In this document: in pieces, positions 20,299 through 30,130 of the stretch
Numbering within the stretch: position 1 is the first letter of the stretch
How the letters are laid out: each line of letters starts with the position of its first letter
DNA from: a virus
Reading direction: 5' to 3' (one strand)
DNA: 64,000 nucleotides
IMG/VR virus record: IMGVR_UViG_3300020442_000008
Coordinates: 1-64,000 of that record
Made by a program: the position numbers and the translations under genes
Notes under the pieces: generated by a model
Database searches by the model: none
Seen by the model: only the letters and a program-made list of their open reading frames with translations
What the model was told of the DNA's origin: nothing

Positions 20299-20592
20299 AT
20301 GAGCGATACAAAGCAAAATCAAAATTCAGAGTGGCGCGACAGAGAGCTTGGAGCTCTTTGGGTGCGTCAAGGCAAGAACCAGAAATACCTTTCTGGTCAC
20401 TTGGAAGTCGAAAGCATGCCTGGTGTTTCAGAGCGTATTAAAGTCGTTGTTTTTTCAAACAAGGGCAAAGCAAAGAATGAGCAGGCTCCAGACTATGTAG
20501 TTTACCGATCAGTTGACAAAGAAGAGTCAACCGAAAATACTCAAACCCAACCTTCTGAGAATACAGAAGAACTTCCCAGCGCTTTAGTGTAA
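20299..20592 (+). CDS. DUF736-like putative ssDNA-binding protein
   Basis: ELGALW...KYLSG...VVVFSN...APDY with an acidic C-terminal tail. Own promoter TTGACT(20260)-17-TACTAT. Confidence 0.55.
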   Translation: MSDTKQNQNSEWRDRELGALWVRQGKNQKYLSGHLEVESMPGVSERIKVVVFSNKGKAKNEQAPDYVVYRSVDKEESTENTQTQPSENTEELPSALV

Positions 20593-20599
20593 TATTGTT

Positions 20600-20957
<358 letters not shown>

Positions 20958-20967
20958 AATTTAAATT

Positions 20968-21282
20968 ATGTTTAAAAAGATTAAAGATATTTTTACTAAA
21001 AATAGTAAAAAAGTAAGACGGGCTCCATTCCATAAATTACTGCATTCCCTAATCAGAGACTGTTACCCAAAAGATAAATCGGATACATTCTTACCCAAAA
21101 GGTTTAGGGATCGCTTAAAAGCAGAGATCAGTGATGGACTACAGAGTTTATATAACATAAACTCTAAAATGCCAAAGGAAAAAAAGCAGGTTGAACTTAG
21201 AAAAATTACTAACATGCTTCTAATTTTATTAAAGTATTCTCCTAAGAGTAAAAATAACAAAATTAATTTAGAGAAAGTTTAA
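20968..21282 (+). CDS. Hypothetical basic protein
   Basis: 104-aa ORF after the tmRNA. Confidence 0.55.
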   Translation: MFKKIKDIFTKNSKKVRRAPFHKLLHSLIRDCYPKDKSDTFLPKRFRDRLKAEISDGLQSLYNINSKMPKEKKQVELRKITNMLLILLKYSPKSKNNKINLEKV

Positions 21283-21332
21283 ATTATTATTTACATTTAA
21301 GATACAAAACTATATAATATTTTTTTATTAAT

Positions 21333-21602
21333 ATGAATGACGAACAAAAAAACAAAATTAAGTTAGCTATTGCTAATTCTTTTCTTCAGACCGCCACGGT
21401 ACAGCAAACCTTAGCTATTCTTCAAGAAAAAGCTCTCGAAAGAGCTCAAGAAGAACTAGACAAGATGGATGAAAAAGCCATGGAGGAAGTATTAACGAAT
21501 ATTCGTGCGCAAGAAATTGCTCAAGAATTACGTTCAGAAGATACCGAGTCGAGCGAGTCTAGTGAATCGACAGAAGAAGATCAAGAAGCGGTAGAAAACT
21601 AA
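21333..21602 (+). CDS. Hypothetical acidic coiled-coil protein
   Basis: 89-aa ORF, helical with an acidic tail. Confidence 0.65.
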   Translation: MNDEQKNKIKLAIANSFLQTATVQQTLAILQEKALERAQEELDKMDEKAMEEVLTNIRAQEIAQELRSEDTESSESSESTEEDQEAVEN

Positions 21603-21603
21603 A

Positions 21604-21801
21604 ATGATAAAATCAATCTACGCCATACTCAAAAATGGTAGAAGATTTGAAGATATCAATTACCTTGAAAAAGAATCTGCGCAAGCTAGATTAAATTCTA
21701 TAATTTCAGGAAGAAAAGCTTTCTATAACAAAACAGGTGCCAGAGAAGAAAGACTTAACTTTGAGATTGTAGAACTAGAAAAACCCAATAAAGCTTGGTA
21801 G
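21604..21801 (+). CDS. Hypothetical protein
   Basis: 65-aa ORF tightly packed in the operon. Confidence 0.55.
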   Translation: MIKSIYAILKNGRRFEDINYLEKESAQARLNSIISGRKAFYNKTGAREERLNFEIVELEKPNKAW

Positions 21802-22310
21802 TGGAAATAGAGTTAATTGAAAATTATAACTTTCCTGAGCTTGCCCAACTTCGAAAATATATCGTCTCTCCGGCAAGCAAAGACCTGGTCGCAAAAGGAA
21901 TAGATTACCATCTCAAGGGGGTTTATAAAAACCCCCGAAGAGAGGTAAATCTACTCTTTGCGGTAAAACGAAAAAAGTCTAAAACAAAATCCAAATATAC
22001 AGATCGCTGGACTTGGATAGAGTACAAGAAAAATTCTAAAGAAGATGGGTGGATTTATGGTCCGGCACATTTTATTGCCTTTGAGAGGTCTGATGATTTT
22101 ATCATCGTAAACCGAAAGGTCTTGTTAGAATTTCTAGTCTCTCCAAAATGTAGGGTTAGATGGGATGTACCTTTTGTTAGATCGCCAAAAGAAGCTAAGT
22201 ACAAAATATACGTAAACCCACGGACTGGATCTAAAATTAGCCAAATTCTATCAAAAGATATTATGAAGCTAGAAGGAGTCCAAATTTGGAACAAAAACGG
22301 AAATGGCTAG
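21795..22310 (+). CDS. Putative PD-(D/E)XK-like phage nuclease-family protein
   Basis: GIDY...AVK...WTWIEY...GWIYG.A.FIAFE pattern seen in phage endonuclease-like proteins. Confidence 0.4.
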   Translation: MVVEIELIENYNFPELAQLRKYIVSPASKDLVAKGIDYHLKGVYKNPRREVNLLFAVKRKKSKTKSKYTDRWTWIEYKKNSKEDGWIYGPAHFIAFERSDDFIIVNRKVLLEFLVSPKCRVRWDVPFVRSPKEAKYKIYVNPRTGSKISQILSKDIMKLEGVQIWNKNGNG

Positions 22311-22734
22311 CCTTAGAGATTTGGACAGAGCTTATCTTGATATTGCATCAAGATGGAGTAAGCTGTCTATGGCAAAAAGAAAAAAGGTCGGTTGCATTAT
22401 AGTTAAAAATGGCTCGATTATTTCTGATGGATATAATGGCACACCTTCTGGTTTTGATAACGATTGCGAATTTGAAGATCCCTATAATAAATCTTTGATT
22501 ACAAAGGCAGAAGTTTTGCATGCCGAGAGTAATGCAATAACTAAGTTGGCAAAATCAACCCAATCAAGCGTTGGATCAACAATGTATATTACAATCTCTC
22601 CATGTGTAGATTGTGCAAAATTAATCATACAGTCAGGAATTGAAAGAGTCGTTTATGGAGAGTTATACAGAAACAAAGACGGAATAAACTTATTAAGTAA
22701 GGCAGGAGTTAAAATTCATGAAATTGAAAATTAA
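22303..22734 (+). CDS. dCMP deaminase
   Basis: KVGCIIV, GYNGTPSG, HAESNAI, SPCVDC zinc motifs. Confidence 0.92.
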   Translation: MASLRDLDRAYLDIASRWSKLSMAKRKKVGCIIVKNGSIISDGYNGTPSGFDNDCEFEDPYNKSLITKAEVLHAESNAITKLAKSTQSSVGSTMYITISPCVDCAKLIIQSGIERVVYGELYRNKDGINLLSKAGVKIHEIEN

Positions 22735-23137
22735 AAAACTAAGAGAAGAGGCGGAATTACCCTTTTACGCCAAACAGGGTGACGCAGGAATGGACTTGAG
22801 AGCGCTAACGATAACTAGGACGGGGAAATACTTTGAATACGGAACAGGTATAGCAATGGAGATTGAAGAAGGTTATGCGGGTTTGATATTTCCTAGGTCT
22901 AGCATATCAAATACAGATCATTTTTTAAGAAATTCTGTTGGCGTAATCGATTCGGGTTACAGAGGTGAAGTCAAGGTAAGAATGAGTGTTCCAGCTTTAG
23001 GGTCAAAAGAATATGAGCTTGGAGATAAAGTGGCACAGTTGGTAATTATTAAACTTCCTTGGGTTGAGGTCGAAGAATGTCAGGAGCTTTCCGATTCAGA
23101 AAGGTCAGGTGGAGGTTTCGGCAGTACGGGCGCTTAA
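22718..23137 (+). CDS. dut: dUTPase (trimeric)
   Basis: GDAGMDL, PRSS, GVIDSGYRGE, AQLV, RSGGGFGSTG. Confidence 0.95.
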   Translation: MKLKIKKLREEAELPFYAKQGDAGMDLRALTITRTGKYFEYGTGIAMEIEEGYAGLIFPRSSISNTDHFLRNSVGVIDSGYRGEVKVRMSVPALGSKEYELGDKVAQLVIIKLPWVEVEECQELSDSERSGGGFGSTGA

Positions 23138-23143
23138 TTAAAA

Positions 23144-25207
23144 ATGAAGAAGGGGGATGAATATTCAGTTGCCAATCTAGTCATTGGCTTCGGGATGTCA
23201 GCGATCCCAATTATAAGAGAGCTAGAAATCAGCGGGGAAGACTTCAAAGTTTTATCCAAAAAAGCCAGTATCTGGCGAAAAATGGAGAAATCGGATAATT
23301 TAAACTTTGATTTAGTAAGCACTAGATTTTGCAGTTTTTTTTCTTGGGACCTATGGAAGTTTAAAGAAGATTTGTTCCCTACAGCAAAAGAGTTCTTAAA
23401 TTACCAAAAATCATATTATGAAAAATACAAAGACAGAATAACAAAAGATTGGGTTAAAAAAATATACAACTATAAAGACTATAGTATAGTTGAAACCGAA
23501 GAAGGAAATGTTTATAAGGCTAAAAATGTCATTATTTCTTCTGGTTTAAAAAGAAAAATTGCGGATTCTATAGTAAATTTTGACAGAAAAATCCAGAATA
23601 AAACTATAGTATTAAGTTCCAGCGGGGATACAGCAAACATGCTTATATCTGATTTAATTTCGGGGGACAATAAAATATATCTATTAACTAACGGCGGGCC
23701 GACATGCTTAAATAAGTGCTGGCATGATCCTAATTTCAATCAGATTTGCACTCTAGATCAATTTGAATTCCAAAATTTAGGTTTTTTCTCAAAAAAAGCT
23801 TATGAAGACTTATTAAGTGTTTCTTTCTCTTCCGCAACCTTTCCATATGGAAAAATTAAGCTTAAAGCAATTAAAAACTTAAGAACAAGAAAAGATTTGA
23901 GCCTTAAGCGAAAAATATTAACCTTAATTGACTCCATAAGTCACAACGTGTATAAATATTTTGCCAGGTTTACCTCGAAAAACTTATTTCAAGTTAAATT
24001 TGGCACAGAGAGGGAAGTAGATTGCGCTGCAGATGCGTCGATGATTTCATTCAATCAAGTATTTGTTAAATATTGGCCAATAGATGTCTACCACAAACTT
24101 TTCGCAGAAGATATAGAGGGTTCGATTAAAAATGGCTATAAATTAAATGACTTAACTTTCTTTATAAACGAAGGTTTAGTAAAAGTTTTAAATAAAAAAA
24201 TATTTAACATAGATAGAGATAAAAAAGAAATATACCACTCCAATAATATAGTAAAATATGATTACCTTATAGAAGGAAATACGGAGCGTCCAGGTTTAGA
24301 CGATATTGAAATCATTAAAGAGGATGGGGCTTGCTACAAATACGTCCCTAGAGAAAACTTTTTGGGAGTGGTTCCTAAAGATCTCAACAATATTTATATA
24401 ATAGGGGCGACTAGACCAAACACAGGAGGCTTAGCGAACATTACTGAAATGCAATCCCTACTGATTCACCACATGATCACGAACAAGACTGAGAGGTTAA
24501 GGATATTAAATAATATAGAAGAAAAAATAAAAGAATATAATAAAAAATATTTCTTTGGACAAGAAGAACTTCCACTAGATCACGTGGTAGCCTATGGTTT
24601 TTACAATGAGGAGATTGCGAGGCAGATTGGGCTAAGCATGAATTACAAATTGTCAGATTTATTAAAATCTCTGGCAGCATCTTTTTGGAAATTTAAAACC
24701 AAACCGCTCTTCTTACTTCCAAATAATTGCTTTATGTACAGGCTTAAAGGTAAATATAAGACCCATAAACCAGCAAAGCTTTTGAAAAATTTTTTATCAA
24801 ACTACAACTTCAGGAGTTTGGGTTTTCTTATATTAAACTACTATTTGTATCATTTTATTTTTTTAGCAGTTAACATAAAATGCTTAGCACTCGGAATGAT
24901 CAATCTACCACTGGCTCTTTGTTTTGGGGTGATGCAGTTTTGTTTTTCGAGGTTTATACTATTACTGATTGAGAGGGCTCTAGCATTAAAGTTTTTCGTG
25001 GCGTTCGCTTGGGCCGTTTCAACACCATTTACCCCTTTGTTATTTGACGCGGTATTTGCATGCATAGAACTGGCAAGCCTTCCAGTGTTAAGAAAATTTG
25101 GGCACAATTCTGTATTTAATGATCTTTCAGGAAAACATAACTACAGGTCTTTTTTTTATGAGGAATATTTACCGATTTTAAAAAGATTAGCATGCAAGTC
25201 TTCGTAA
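23144..25207 (+). CDS. Flavin-dependent monooxygenase/oxidoreductase-like protein with C-terminal membrane segment
   Basis: N-terminal LVIGFGMS dinucleotide loop, VIISSG, FMO-like IG.TRP.TGGLANITEMQS, hydrophobic C-terminus. Confidence 0.65.
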   Translation: MKKGDEYSVANLVIGFGMSAIPIIRELEISGEDFKVLSKKASIWRKMEKSDNLNFDLVSTRFCSFFSWDLWKFKEDLFPTAKEFLNYQKSYYEKYKDRITKDWVKKIYNYKDYSIVETEEGNVYKAKNVIISSGLKRKIADSIVNFDRKIQNKTIVLSSSGDTANMLISDLISGDNKIYLLTNGGPTCLNKCWHDPNFNQICTLDQFEFQNLGFFSKKAYEDLLSVSFSSATFPYGKIKLKAIKNLRTRKDLSLKRKILTLIDSISHNVYKYFARFTSKNLFQVKFGTEREVDCAADASMISFNQVFVKYWPIDVYHKLFAEDIEGSIKNGYKLNDLTFFINEGLVKVLNKKIFNIDRDKKEIYHSNNIVKYDYLIEGNTERPGLDDIEIIKEDGACYKYVPRENFLGVVPKDLNNIYIIGATRPNTGGLANITEMQSLLIHHMITNKTERLRILNNIEEKIKEYNKKYFFGQEELPLDHVVAYGFYNEEIARQIGLSMNYKLSDLLKSLAASFWKFKTKPLFLLPNNCFMYRLKGKYKTHKPAKLLKNFLSNYNFRSLGFLILNYYLYHFIFLAVNIKCLALGMINLPLALCFGVMQFCFSRFILLLIERALALKFFVAFAWAVSTPFTPLLFDAVFACIELASLPVLRKFGHNSVFNDLSGKHNYRSFFYEEYLPILKRLACKSS

Positions 25208-25914
25208 TATTTGTATAATTTATTTGGACAGCTCGAAATCTCAAAAGAAATATCTTGAATAAGCTTGCTTTGCTCGGGATATGATTTTGCAATCTTCTCG
25301 ACTCTTTTATTAATTAAATCAGGGTCTCCTAGACTTGTCAAACAATGAGCTATAAATTTACCAATGAGGAGTACCTCAAAAGCTTGAGAATTTTGTATCT
25401 GATACTTTTTATCTTCGGGGTCGAGCCATGTCAAAGCTCTACCTATTCCCATGGCCTGAGAAATATTAAGCGGGCTTCTAATTTTTAAATTCGATATACT
25501 AGACTGAATTAAAGAATCTGGACTCATTAAGGTTTTTGCAAAAAACTCTCCATCAGCTAGTAGGTTTTTTTCTTTAGGGGATATTTTCTTTTTTAATAAA
25601 AAGTTAATTTTCTTTCTTTTGCAAATCCCATTCCAAAGGCCGTAGCCGATATATTTTACAGAATTAGGAATCTCATCACTTAAGTATAAATCAGGATCGT
25701 ATTTATTTCTCAAAACTCCAGATATAGCAGCTTGTCTAGTAGCCTGACCCTCGTAAAAAAATATTTCTTCATAAGGATTAAAATCATTTTTTTTATTAAA
25801 AAACCCAGAGATAAAACATTTTAAACTTCTAGGGCAATTCCTAGTTTTTATTAGACAGCCAGCAAGGCTTAGAATACTCAAAACTACATTGCACAATACT
25901 CGATCGGCTTTCAT
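25156..25914 (-). CDS. DUF1702-like protein (divergent)
   Basis: FFYEG...YIGYG.W...LLADG.FF...GIGRALTW in the order typical of DUF1702. Own promoter TTGAGA-17-TATCAT. Confidence 0.5.
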   Translation of the reverse strand: MKADRVLCNVVLSILSLAGCLIKTRNCPRSLKCFISGFFNKKNDFNPYEEIFFYEGQATRQAAISGVLRNKYDPDLYLSDEIPNSVKYIGYGLWNGICKRKKINFLLKKKISPKEKNLLADGEFFAKTLMSPDSLIQSSISNLKIRSPLNISQAMGIGRALTWLDPEDKKYQIQNSQAFEVLLIGKFIAHCLTSLGDPDLINKRVEKIAKSYPEQSKLIQDISFEISSCPNKLYKYYEDLHANLFKIGKYSS

Positions 25915-25996
25915 ATGAGATGATATTAAATTAAATGGTTTTTCTCAAAAAAACCTTGACATTGAAGCGGAAATAAAGTATTATTATCTTTATAAC

Positions 25997-26191
25997 ATGA
26001 AAAAACCAAATACCAAAGTTCTTGTTAAGAGTGTACTACAAAAGTACAGTAAGTATAAATTGTCTCTCGCAGAAAAAGGCGTCATAGAAAGCATTTCTTC
26101 GGAAGTTGCAGACGAGCTTCGTAGAAGTTTCGTTATTGAACCTAAGTCTTCTTGGGCGAAGCCAAGCGAAAAGCAAAATGCAGCTACTTAA
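25997..26191 (+). CDS. Hypothetical protein
   Basis: ORF after TTGACA(25956)-17-TATTAT. Confidence 0.6.
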   Translation: MKKPNTKVLVKSVLQKYSKYKLSLAEKGVIESISSEVADELRRSFVIEPKSSWAKPSEKQNAAT

Positions 26192-26372
26192 TTATTGTTT
26201 GAATAAGTTCATGCCCTCCGTAATTATGGCGGTGCTTTTATTTATTCATTTTGGACCGATGAAGTTTGAACCCTATATTATATTAGGGCTCGCTTTATTT
26301 GCTCAACATTTTCATTACAAAGCTGGATACGCAATGGCTTATTGCGAGTCTCGTAATATTGACTTAGACTAA
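26178..26372 (+). CDS. Small membrane protein
   Basis: Two hydrophobic stretches. ATG 26178 preferred over TTG 26106. Confidence 0.55.
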   Translation: MQLLNYCLNKFMPSVIMAVLLFIHFGPMKFEPYIILGLALFAQHFHYKAGYAMAYCESRNIDLD

Positions 26373-26746
26373 TGAACCACATCTTGGCGTTATACTGTAT
26401 TCTTGCCGCTGTATGTTTGGCTTTAATTCTAAGTGTATATAAGTCCAAGAAAGAATCTTTAAAGCAAAGGGCGGCATACAAAAAACTTTTATCTCAGAAA
26501 AAAAGTTCCGAAGTGCGCACAGGGCATATCGCAGAAAAGTTTGCCCCTTTCTTAGATTGCTTTCCACATGATCCAGAATCTTCTGTTTTCTTAGGTCAGC
26601 CTATAGATTATATCGTATTTGAAGATGAAGGTGTTACTTTTTCTGAAATCAAAAGCGGAAACTCGCAATTAAGCAAAAAACAGAAGATGATTAAAGAAAA
26701 TATTCAACAAGGAAATGTCTTTTGGGAAGAGGTGAGAATAAAATGA
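26372..26746 (+). CDS. Holliday junction resolvase-like endonuclease (Endonuc_Holl type) with N-terminal TM helix
   Basis: G.IAEKFAPF...P...FLG.PIDYIVF...F.EIKSG.SQLS..Q. Confidence 0.8.
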   Translation: MNHILALYCILAAVCLALILSVYKSKKESLKQRAAYKKLLSQKKSSEVRTGHIAEKFAPFLDCFPHDPESSVFLGQPIDYIVFEDEGVTFSEIKSGNSQLSKKQKMIKENIQQGNVFWEEVRIK

Positions 26747-27295
26747 AATACTCGAACACTAAATACCGAAAGCTTCAAAAGCAGCTATCTTCCTCCGAAA
26801 GAGAGGTTTCTCTTTTAAAAAAGGCAGTCAACCGCTTAAAAAAGAAAATTGCAGACGATAAGGCACATTTTTTCAGGCGAGATAAATGATTATTTCGCGG
26901 AGAAGTTGCACGGTTTCCACGACTATTATGTAGAGACCATGCTTCTTTGTGGGGTTGACAAACCTGGGACACCTTTAGATAAAATAAAGATGACCAAAAA
27001 CCCAAGCTTCACAATGCAGTATTATAAAAAAGTAGTGGGAGGACTACTCAAATTTCAGCCAGAGATATCTGTATCTTGCATTGATGAATTTGGGGCTATT
27101 TTGGCGGAGTGTACATTCACTTATTTAAATGATAAAAAACATGTAAACAGTATTTTTTTATTACAAAACGTTTATAACTGGGATTGCACAAACCTTTCTT
27201 GCGCTCAAGTTTGGCGCATAAAAGAGCCTAGCACTTTAGGAGCTAGTGAAATTGCAGAAAATATGTGTAATATAAATAGATACTGGCATGACTAG
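26743..27295 (+). CDS. Hypothetical protein, apparently split by a +1 frameshift (26743..26889 and 26849..27295)
   Basis: Two overlapping ORFs join cleanly if the A6 run at 26838-26843 is A5. Confidence 0.45.
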
Positions 27296-27488
27296 AAAAG
27301 ATAAAAGATCACCTTGGCTTTTAGCGTGGAATGAAAGACCTTATAAATCACGCAAAGTTAAAAAGACCGAGCAAGAGATTTTAGAGGCAAAGGATCAAGG
27401 AGACTGGTTTAAAGTAGCCAAACTAAAGAACCTACTAAGGAAGGTCTGGTGGGGTTACAAAAGAGTGAAACGTATGGCTAAAAAATAA
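27288..27488 (+). CDS. Hypothetical basic protein
   Basis: 66-aa ORF, overlapping operon arrangement. Confidence 0.55.
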   Translation: MTRKDKRSPWLLAWNERPYKSRKVKKTEQEILEAKDQGDWFKVAKLKNLLRKVWWGYKRVKRMAKK

Positions 27489-27489
27489 A

Positions 27490-28179
27490 ATGACACATTC
27501 AGTAATAATGATTTCGTTTTTAGGGAATTATCCAAATTGTGCAAAAAATAGAGATAAAAAATTTAAAAGAGCAGTAGATTCTTTTATTTGCAATACCTAC
27601 CAAGACAAAGAATTAATCATTGTTAGCGATGGCTGCGAACAAACAAACTTTATTTATGAAAATTTCTATATTAAATATAAAGATATTCAGTTGATTAAAG
27701 CGCCAAAACAGAGCAAGGGCTACCCAGGAGTTTTGAGAACAGTTGGGTTATTTTTTGCCAAAGGCGAAACTATTTCTTATTTAGATACGGATGATTATCT
27801 TGCTCCGTCTTATATAGAAAAACTTGTATCAAACTTTAATTTTGATTGGGGTTTTTGTGATGTATACCTTCCAGATATTAAAAAAGAATTTTTAAACATA
27901 AAAGAAATAAAAGACAAATCCATCAATAAAGATTTGCAGAATTTTCGCTGGACAGAATTACCGTCAAAAGAGCAAATCTGTCGTATCGGAACGCCAAATA
28001 TTTTTCATCGAGCTAAAGCGAGAGAGAAATGTTTTTGGAAAAACTGGAACGGAATCGAAGGAGAGAGCGAAGACTGGGCTTTTATTAAGCAGTTATCAGG
28101 AGAATATGGAAAAGGTATTAAAGTTGATCCTTTAGGGTATTACATGTGTCATTTTAATCCAGCAGGGATAGACATTTAA
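27490..28179 (+). CDS. Glycosyltransferase family 2 (GT-A)
   Basis: SVIM, AVDSF...ELIIVSDG, R..GL..AKG..ISYLDTDD, EDW. Confidence 0.85.
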   Translation: MTHSVIMISFLGNYPNCAKNRDKKFKRAVDSFICNTYQDKELIIVSDGCEQTNFIYENFYIKYKDIQLIKAPKQSKGYPGVLRTVGLFFAKGETISYLDTDDYLAPSYIEKLVSNFNFDWGFCDVYLPDIKKEFLNIKEIKDKSINKDLQNFRWTELPSKEQICRIGTPNIFHRAKAREKCFWKNWNGIEGESEDWAFIKQLSGEYGKGIKVDPLGYYMCHFNPAGIDI

Positions 28180-28234
28180 TTTTTTCTTGACATATTTAGC
28201 TTTTTTTGATATTATCATACTTTATTAATTCAAT

Positions 28235-28906
28235 ATGAATACAAAAACAAAACTAACATTGGTTGCTGCCCTATTTTTAGGTGCAGTAAGTTTAAACGCC
28301 GCTGAAGAGAGTTCTTTCTCAGGCTCTGCAAGCACTAAGTATACTTCAGATTATGCTCGAAGAGGGGCTTTGGTTTCTACCGAAGCTGCTCAAGCTTCTA
28401 TTGGTTTTTCCACGGAGGTTTCGGAGTTTGATGTATATGGAGACTTTTTCACAAGTCAATCTACAGATGCTGGGGTTGATAGTGATGAATTCACCATTGG
28501 TGTAGGCACGGACCTGTTTGAAGACACGATCAACGCTTCGATTGGACTATATAATACAGATTTTTCTGGGGCGGATAACGCCTTGGAATACTTTGTTCAA
28601 GTCCAATTGAATACAGCCCTAACTCCAACAATCTCATTCTTTGATGATACCGACGAAAGTTTGCAAACTTTTGAAGGTTCTTTGTCTTATAATGTTGATA
28701 CTGATTTAGTAGACCTAAATCTAGGAGGCTTACTTGGTTCGACTGACACTCTTGCGTCAGACAATCAAACTTATACAGGCTTAACAGCAGTAGTATCTAA
28801 AGATATCTCTGAAGACTTTAATGTTTTTACAGATATTTCTTTTTCAGATGCAGAATCCCGTGATTACGAAACGGTTTGGGGAATCGGATTAAATCTAAAC
28901 TTCTAA
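28235..28906 (+). CDS. Outer-membrane beta-barrel (TorF/TIGR02001-like putative porin)
   Basis: Sec signal peptide, YTSDYARRG near the N-terminus, alternating beta strands, C-terminal GLNLNF. Promoter TTGACA(28187)-17-TATTAT. Confidence 0.7.
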   Translation: MNTKTKLTLVAALFLGAVSLNAAEESSFSGSASTKYTSDYARRGALVSTEAAQASIGFSTEVSEFDVYGDFFTSQSTDAGVDSDEFTIGVGTDLFEDTINASIGLYNTDFSGADNALEYFVQVQLNTALTPTISFFDDTDESLQTFEGSLSYNVDTDLVDLNLGGLLGSTDTLASDNQTYTGLTAVVSKDISEDFNVFTDISFSDAESRDYETVWGIGLNLNF

Positions 28907-28910
28907 TATT

Positions 28911-29153
28911 ATGAATAACGTAGTAGAAACAGTAAGAAACGCCGTAGGAGGCATCTTTAGCGTATTACTTTCGATTGTTGGGCTTCTTGTCCTCTCTCAA
29001 GTAGTATTCGGAGAATCCGTCGGTATGAATGTGATCTCCAACCTACAAGCCATTGTTAATGGTTTTGTTGGAGAAGGAGCAAGTTTAGCGGGGCTAATTA
29101 CCTTGTTACTTGTCGTGGCGCTGCTTCAAAAGCAGGGCAAAAACTCAGAATAA
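28911..29153 (+). CDS. Small two-helix membrane protein
   Basis: Two hydrophobic segments, co-transcribed with the porin. Confidence 0.7.
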   Translation: MNNVVETVRNAVGGIFSVLLSIVGLLVLSQVVFGESVGMNVISNLQAIVNGFVGEGASLAGLITLLLVVALLQKQGKNSE

Positions 29154-29177
29154 TAAGGGTTATTGTTTTGAGTAATT

Positions 29178-29215
29178 AAAGAGAGCGGGGGTTTATCCCT
29201 GCTCTCTTTTTTTTT
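29178..29215 (+). terminator. Rho-independent terminator
   Basis: AAAGAGAGCGGGG...CCCTGCTCTC followed by T9. Confidence 0.85.
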
Positions 29216-29230
29216 GTGTAATTACCTATT

Positions 29231-30130
29231 GTGAATTCTTTGGTTCCAGTTCACCTCCATATACCTAAAAATGCGGGGACTTATGTTCAAGATGTATTCA
29301 ACAGATACTTTATCCGCATTCTGGAGAGGGAAAAGAAAAAAGAAGCTTTTTGTGTACAAAAAATTAGCGTAGAAAGCCCGCTTTTTAATTTGACTTTAAC
29401 TGTAGAGTTTTTAACAGATTACTGGAAGAACGATGAAAATATGAAGGCGCATCCGGTTGCAGTAATGAGGGGTAAAAATAACCGAAGGGCTAAATCTTGC
29501 GGTATAGAAACATTTAAAACATATCTGAGAAACAAACAGTTAAGGCTTTTGGCTGTAGTTATTGAGCCTGTAGGAAATCAAGATGTAAGATCGGGTTTAT
29601 TTCAGGCTTATGAATTACTTGATATTTGCGGAAAAACGCCGTTGAATTTTTTAATTCTAAGGGATGCATTTTCAAGACAGCAATCGTTATATTACTACCT
29701 TACTGGAGAAGAATCCTCACATGAACCAACACACGGATCAATTAAGCAAGAAAGTTTTTTAGATTACATTAAATCTGAAAAAGTAGAAGATAGTTGGCTA
29801 ATTCGGGTTATCTCTGGAATGCCTGCAGAAGAATCCATTAGTAAAGGCTGGTTCAACTTAGCGGCAAGATTTCTTGATTTTCATAATTTTGAAATTAAAT
29901 CTATCGAGAATACAGATATATTAATAAATCAAGTTTTATTGAATTGTTTTAATAGAAAAGTTTCCGATTCGGATAGAGAACGAGCACTTAAGAACGTTTC
30001 TAGCAAATCTGCCAAAATAACAATAGATGATCTAGACGAAGAAACAAAACAAAAATTCTTAAATCGTACTCAGTGGGATAGAAAACTATGGGAGAGGTAT
30101 TGTCAAAATGCTAATATCACACAAACATAA
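29231..30130 (+). CDS. Sulfotransferase-family protein
   Basis: 5'-PSB HLHIPKNAGT, 3'-PB ILRDAFSRQQSLYYY, C-terminal D..LW. Confidence 0.75.
   Translation: MNSLVPVHLHIPKNAGTYVQDVFNRYFIRILEREKKKEAFCVQKISVESPLFNLTLTVEFLTDYWKNDENMKAHPVAVMRGKNNRRAKSCGIETFKTYLRNKQLRLLAVVIEPVGNQDVRSGLFQAYELLDICGKTPLNFLILRDAFSRQQSLYYYLTGEESSHEPTHGSIKQESFLDYIKSEKVEDSWLIRVISGMPAEESISKGWFNLAARFLDFHNFEIKSIENTDILINQVLLNCFNRKVSDSDRERALKNVSSKSAKITIDDLDEETKQKFLNRTQWDRKLWERYCQNANITQT

Noticed and set aside
26838-26844. A-AAA-AAG programmed -1 frameshift
   Set aside because: The -1 frame hits TAA within a few codons; only +1 joins the downstream ORF.
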